DNA of 64,000 bases from Eledone cirrhosa (Eukaryota), in assembly GCA_964016885.1 (NCBI GenBank), contig OZ024747.1, positions 620,001 to 684,000 on the forward strand. Direction: 5' to 3'. Positions 60,901 to 64,000 of this stretch are shown here, piece by piece. A program made the translations under genes and the position numbers. Positions within the stretch are counted from its first letter, which is position 1. Each line of letters begins with the position of its first letter. The notes under the pieces are model-generated. The model was not told where the DNA came from and ran no database searches. It saw only the letters and a program-made list of their open reading frames with translations.

Positions 60901-63704
60901 CTCCTGTCTACACTATACACTCCTGTCTACACTATACACCGCTGTCTACACTATACACCCCTGTCTACACTATACACCCCTGTCTACACTATACACCGCT
61001 GTCTACACTATACACCCCTGTCTACACTATACACCCCTGTCTACTCTATACATCCCTGTCTACACTATACACTCCTGTCTACACTATACACTCCTGTCTA
61101 CTCTATACACCGCTGTCTACACTATACACTCCTGTCTACACTATACACTCCTGTCTACACTATACACCCCTGTCTACACTATACACCCCTGTCTACTCTA
61201 TACATCCCTGTCTACACTATACACTCCTGTCTACACTATACACTCCTGTCTACTCTATACACCGCTGTCTACACTATACACTCCTGTCTACTCTATACAC
61301 TCCTGTCTACACTATACACCGCTGTCTACACTATACACTCCTGTCTACTCTATACACTCCTGTCTACACTATACACCGCTGTCTACACTATACACTCCTG
61401 TCTACACTATACACCCCTGTCTACTCTATACACCCCTGTCTACACTATACACCCCTGTCTACACTATACACTCCTGTCTACACTATACACTCCTGTCTAC
61501 ACTATACACCCGCTGTCTACACTATACACCGCTGTCTACACTATACACTCCTGTCTACACTATACACCGCTGTCTACACTATACACCACTGTCTACACTA
61601 TACACCGCTCTCTACACTATACACCGCTGTCTACACTATACACCGCTGTCTACACTATACACTCCTGTCTACACTATACACCGCTGTCTACACTATACAC
61701 CCCCTGTCTACACTATACACTCCTGTCTACACTATACACTCCTGTCTACACTATACACCGCTGTCTACACTATACACCCCTGTCTACACTATACACTCCT
61801 GTCTACACTATACACCGCTGTCTACACTATACACCGCTGTCTACACTATACACCCCTGTCTACACTATACACTCCTGTCTACTCTATACACCCCTGTCTA
61901 CACTATACACCCCTGTCTACACTATACACTCCTGTCTACACTATACACCCCTGTCTACACTATACACTCCTGTCTACACTATACACTCCTGTCTACACTA
62001 TACACTCCTGTCTACACTATACACCCCTGTCTACACTATACACTCCTGTCTACACTATACACCGCTGTCTACACTATACACTCCTGTCTACACTATACAC
62101 CCCTGTCTACTCTATACACCCCTGTCTACTCTATACACCCCTGTCTACACTATACACTCCTGTCTACACTATACACCCCTGTCTACACTATACACTCCTG
62201 TCTACACTATACACCGCTGTCTACACTATACACCCCTGTCTACACTATACACCGCTGTCTACACTATACACTCCTGTTTACACTATACACCGCTGTCTAC
62301 ACTATACACCCCTGTCTACACTATACACCGCTGTCTACACTATACACCCCTGTCTACACTATACACTCCTGTCTACACTATACACCCCTGTCTACACTAT
62401 ACACCCCTGTCTACTCTATACACCCCTGTCTACTCTATACACCCCTGTCTACACTATACACTCCTGTCTACACTATACACTCCTGTCTACACTATACACT
62501 CCGGTCTACACTATACACCGCTGTCTACACTATACACCCCTGTCTACACTATACACTCCTGTCTACACTATACACCCCTGTCTACACTATACACTCCTGT
62601 CTACACTATACACTCCTGTCTACACTATACACTCCTGTCTACACTATACACTCCTGTCTACACTATACACTCCTGTCTACACTATACACTCCTGTCTACA
62701 CTATACACCCCTGTCTACTCTATACATCCCTGTCTACACTATACACCGCTGTCTACACTATACACTCCTGTTTACACTATACACCCCTGTCTACACTATA
62801 CACCGCTGTCTACACTATACACCGCTGTCTACACTATACACTCCTGTCTACACTATACACTCCTGTCTACACTATACACTCCTGTCTACACTATACACCC
62901 CTGTCTACTCTATACATCCCTGTCTACACTATACACTCCTGTCTACTCTATAGACTCCTGTCTACTCTATACACCCCTGTCTACTCTATACAGTCCTGTC
63001 TACTCTATACACCCCCGTCTACACTATACACTACTGTCTATCCTATACACCCCTGTCTACACTATACACTCCTGTCTACTCTATACACTCCTGTCTACTC
63101 TATACACCACTGTCTACACTATACACTCCTGTCTACTCTATACACTCCTGTCTACACTATACACTCCTGTGTACACTATACACTCCTGTCTACACTATAC
63201 ACTCCTGTCTACACTATACACTCCTGCCTACACTATACACCGCTGTCTACACTATACACTGCTGTCTATCCTATACACCGCTGTCTACTCTATACACCCC
63301 TGTCTACTCTATACACTCCTGTCTAGTCTATACACCACTGTCTACTCTATACACTACTGTCTAGTCTATACACCACTGTCTACTCTATACACCACTGTCT
63401 ACTCTATACATCCCTGTCTACTCTATACATCCCTGTCTACTCTATACACCCCTGTCTACTCTATACACCACTGTCTACTCTATACACCACTGTCTACTCT
63501 ATACACCCCTGTCTACTCTATACATCCCTGTCTACTCTATACACCCCTGTCTACTCTATACATCCCTGTCTACTCTATACATCCCTGTCTACTCTATACA
63601 CCCCTGTCTACTCTATACACCACTGTCTACTCTATACACCCCTGTCTACTCTATACACCCCTGTCTACTCTATACACCACTGTCTACTCTATACACCACT
63701 GTCA
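57977..63704. repeat. Minisatellite, 19-bp unit (CTGTCTACACTATACACYS), roughly 300 copies
   Basis: Directly visible 5.7-kb array; the 19-aa periodicity of the ORF equals three units. Confidence 0.98.
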
Positions 63705-64000
63705 ACATAAATGTAGGGGGTAATATCTCTAAATATTCTTCAACAGAAAAACTATATCTTCAGTTGAATTATTATTTTGAATATTTTCCCCCTTCTCCAA
63801 CATTTATATAACAAGACTAGTCTCTAGATGGTCACTTGACCATTTAGAAATAACTGCCAAATCTCCCTCAAATCAAACTCCCACTGTCTTAAAAGTAGGA
63901 CACATTGGATAATGTAGTCCTAGATACAGTGGAATAAAAACTGGGATGATTATCAGTGAAATACTTTTGATTACAGATTTGCTTGATTAAGGTAAACTTG

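Noticed and set aside
57976-63723. 1915-aa ORF as a real protein
   Set aside because: It is the translation of a 19-bp (non-triplet) satellite with a TTG start; single-base insertions are tolerated, so there is no sign of frame selection

Overview
AT-rich, microsatellite-rich animal genomic DNA. The repeat content suggests an octopod cephalopod, but that is inference. One + strand gene spans the window: a YLPM1/ZAP3 orthologue. I traced 18 phase-compatible GT-AG exons from the ATG at 1343 to 57738 (5440 coding nt). They include the P-loop domain (GLPGSGKT) and a candidate 24-nt microexon; the final exons (KKRVRW PP1-binding tail) should lie beyond the window. The introns hold: a complete but decayed piggyBac (TTAA, 14-bp TIRs) interrupted by a young RTE LINE with an open 795-aa ORF; a ~9.6-kb decayed Helitron with both termini and a second RTE nested inside; two non-autonomous Helitrons; CR1-, Chapaev3- and CRE-like fragments; many SINEs; a perfect 71-bp hairpin; a hammerhead-like motif; and two large minisatellites (31-35 bp and 19 bp units). 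The 1915-aa ORF is a read-through of the 19-bp satellite. All calls come from manual reading; no searches were run.
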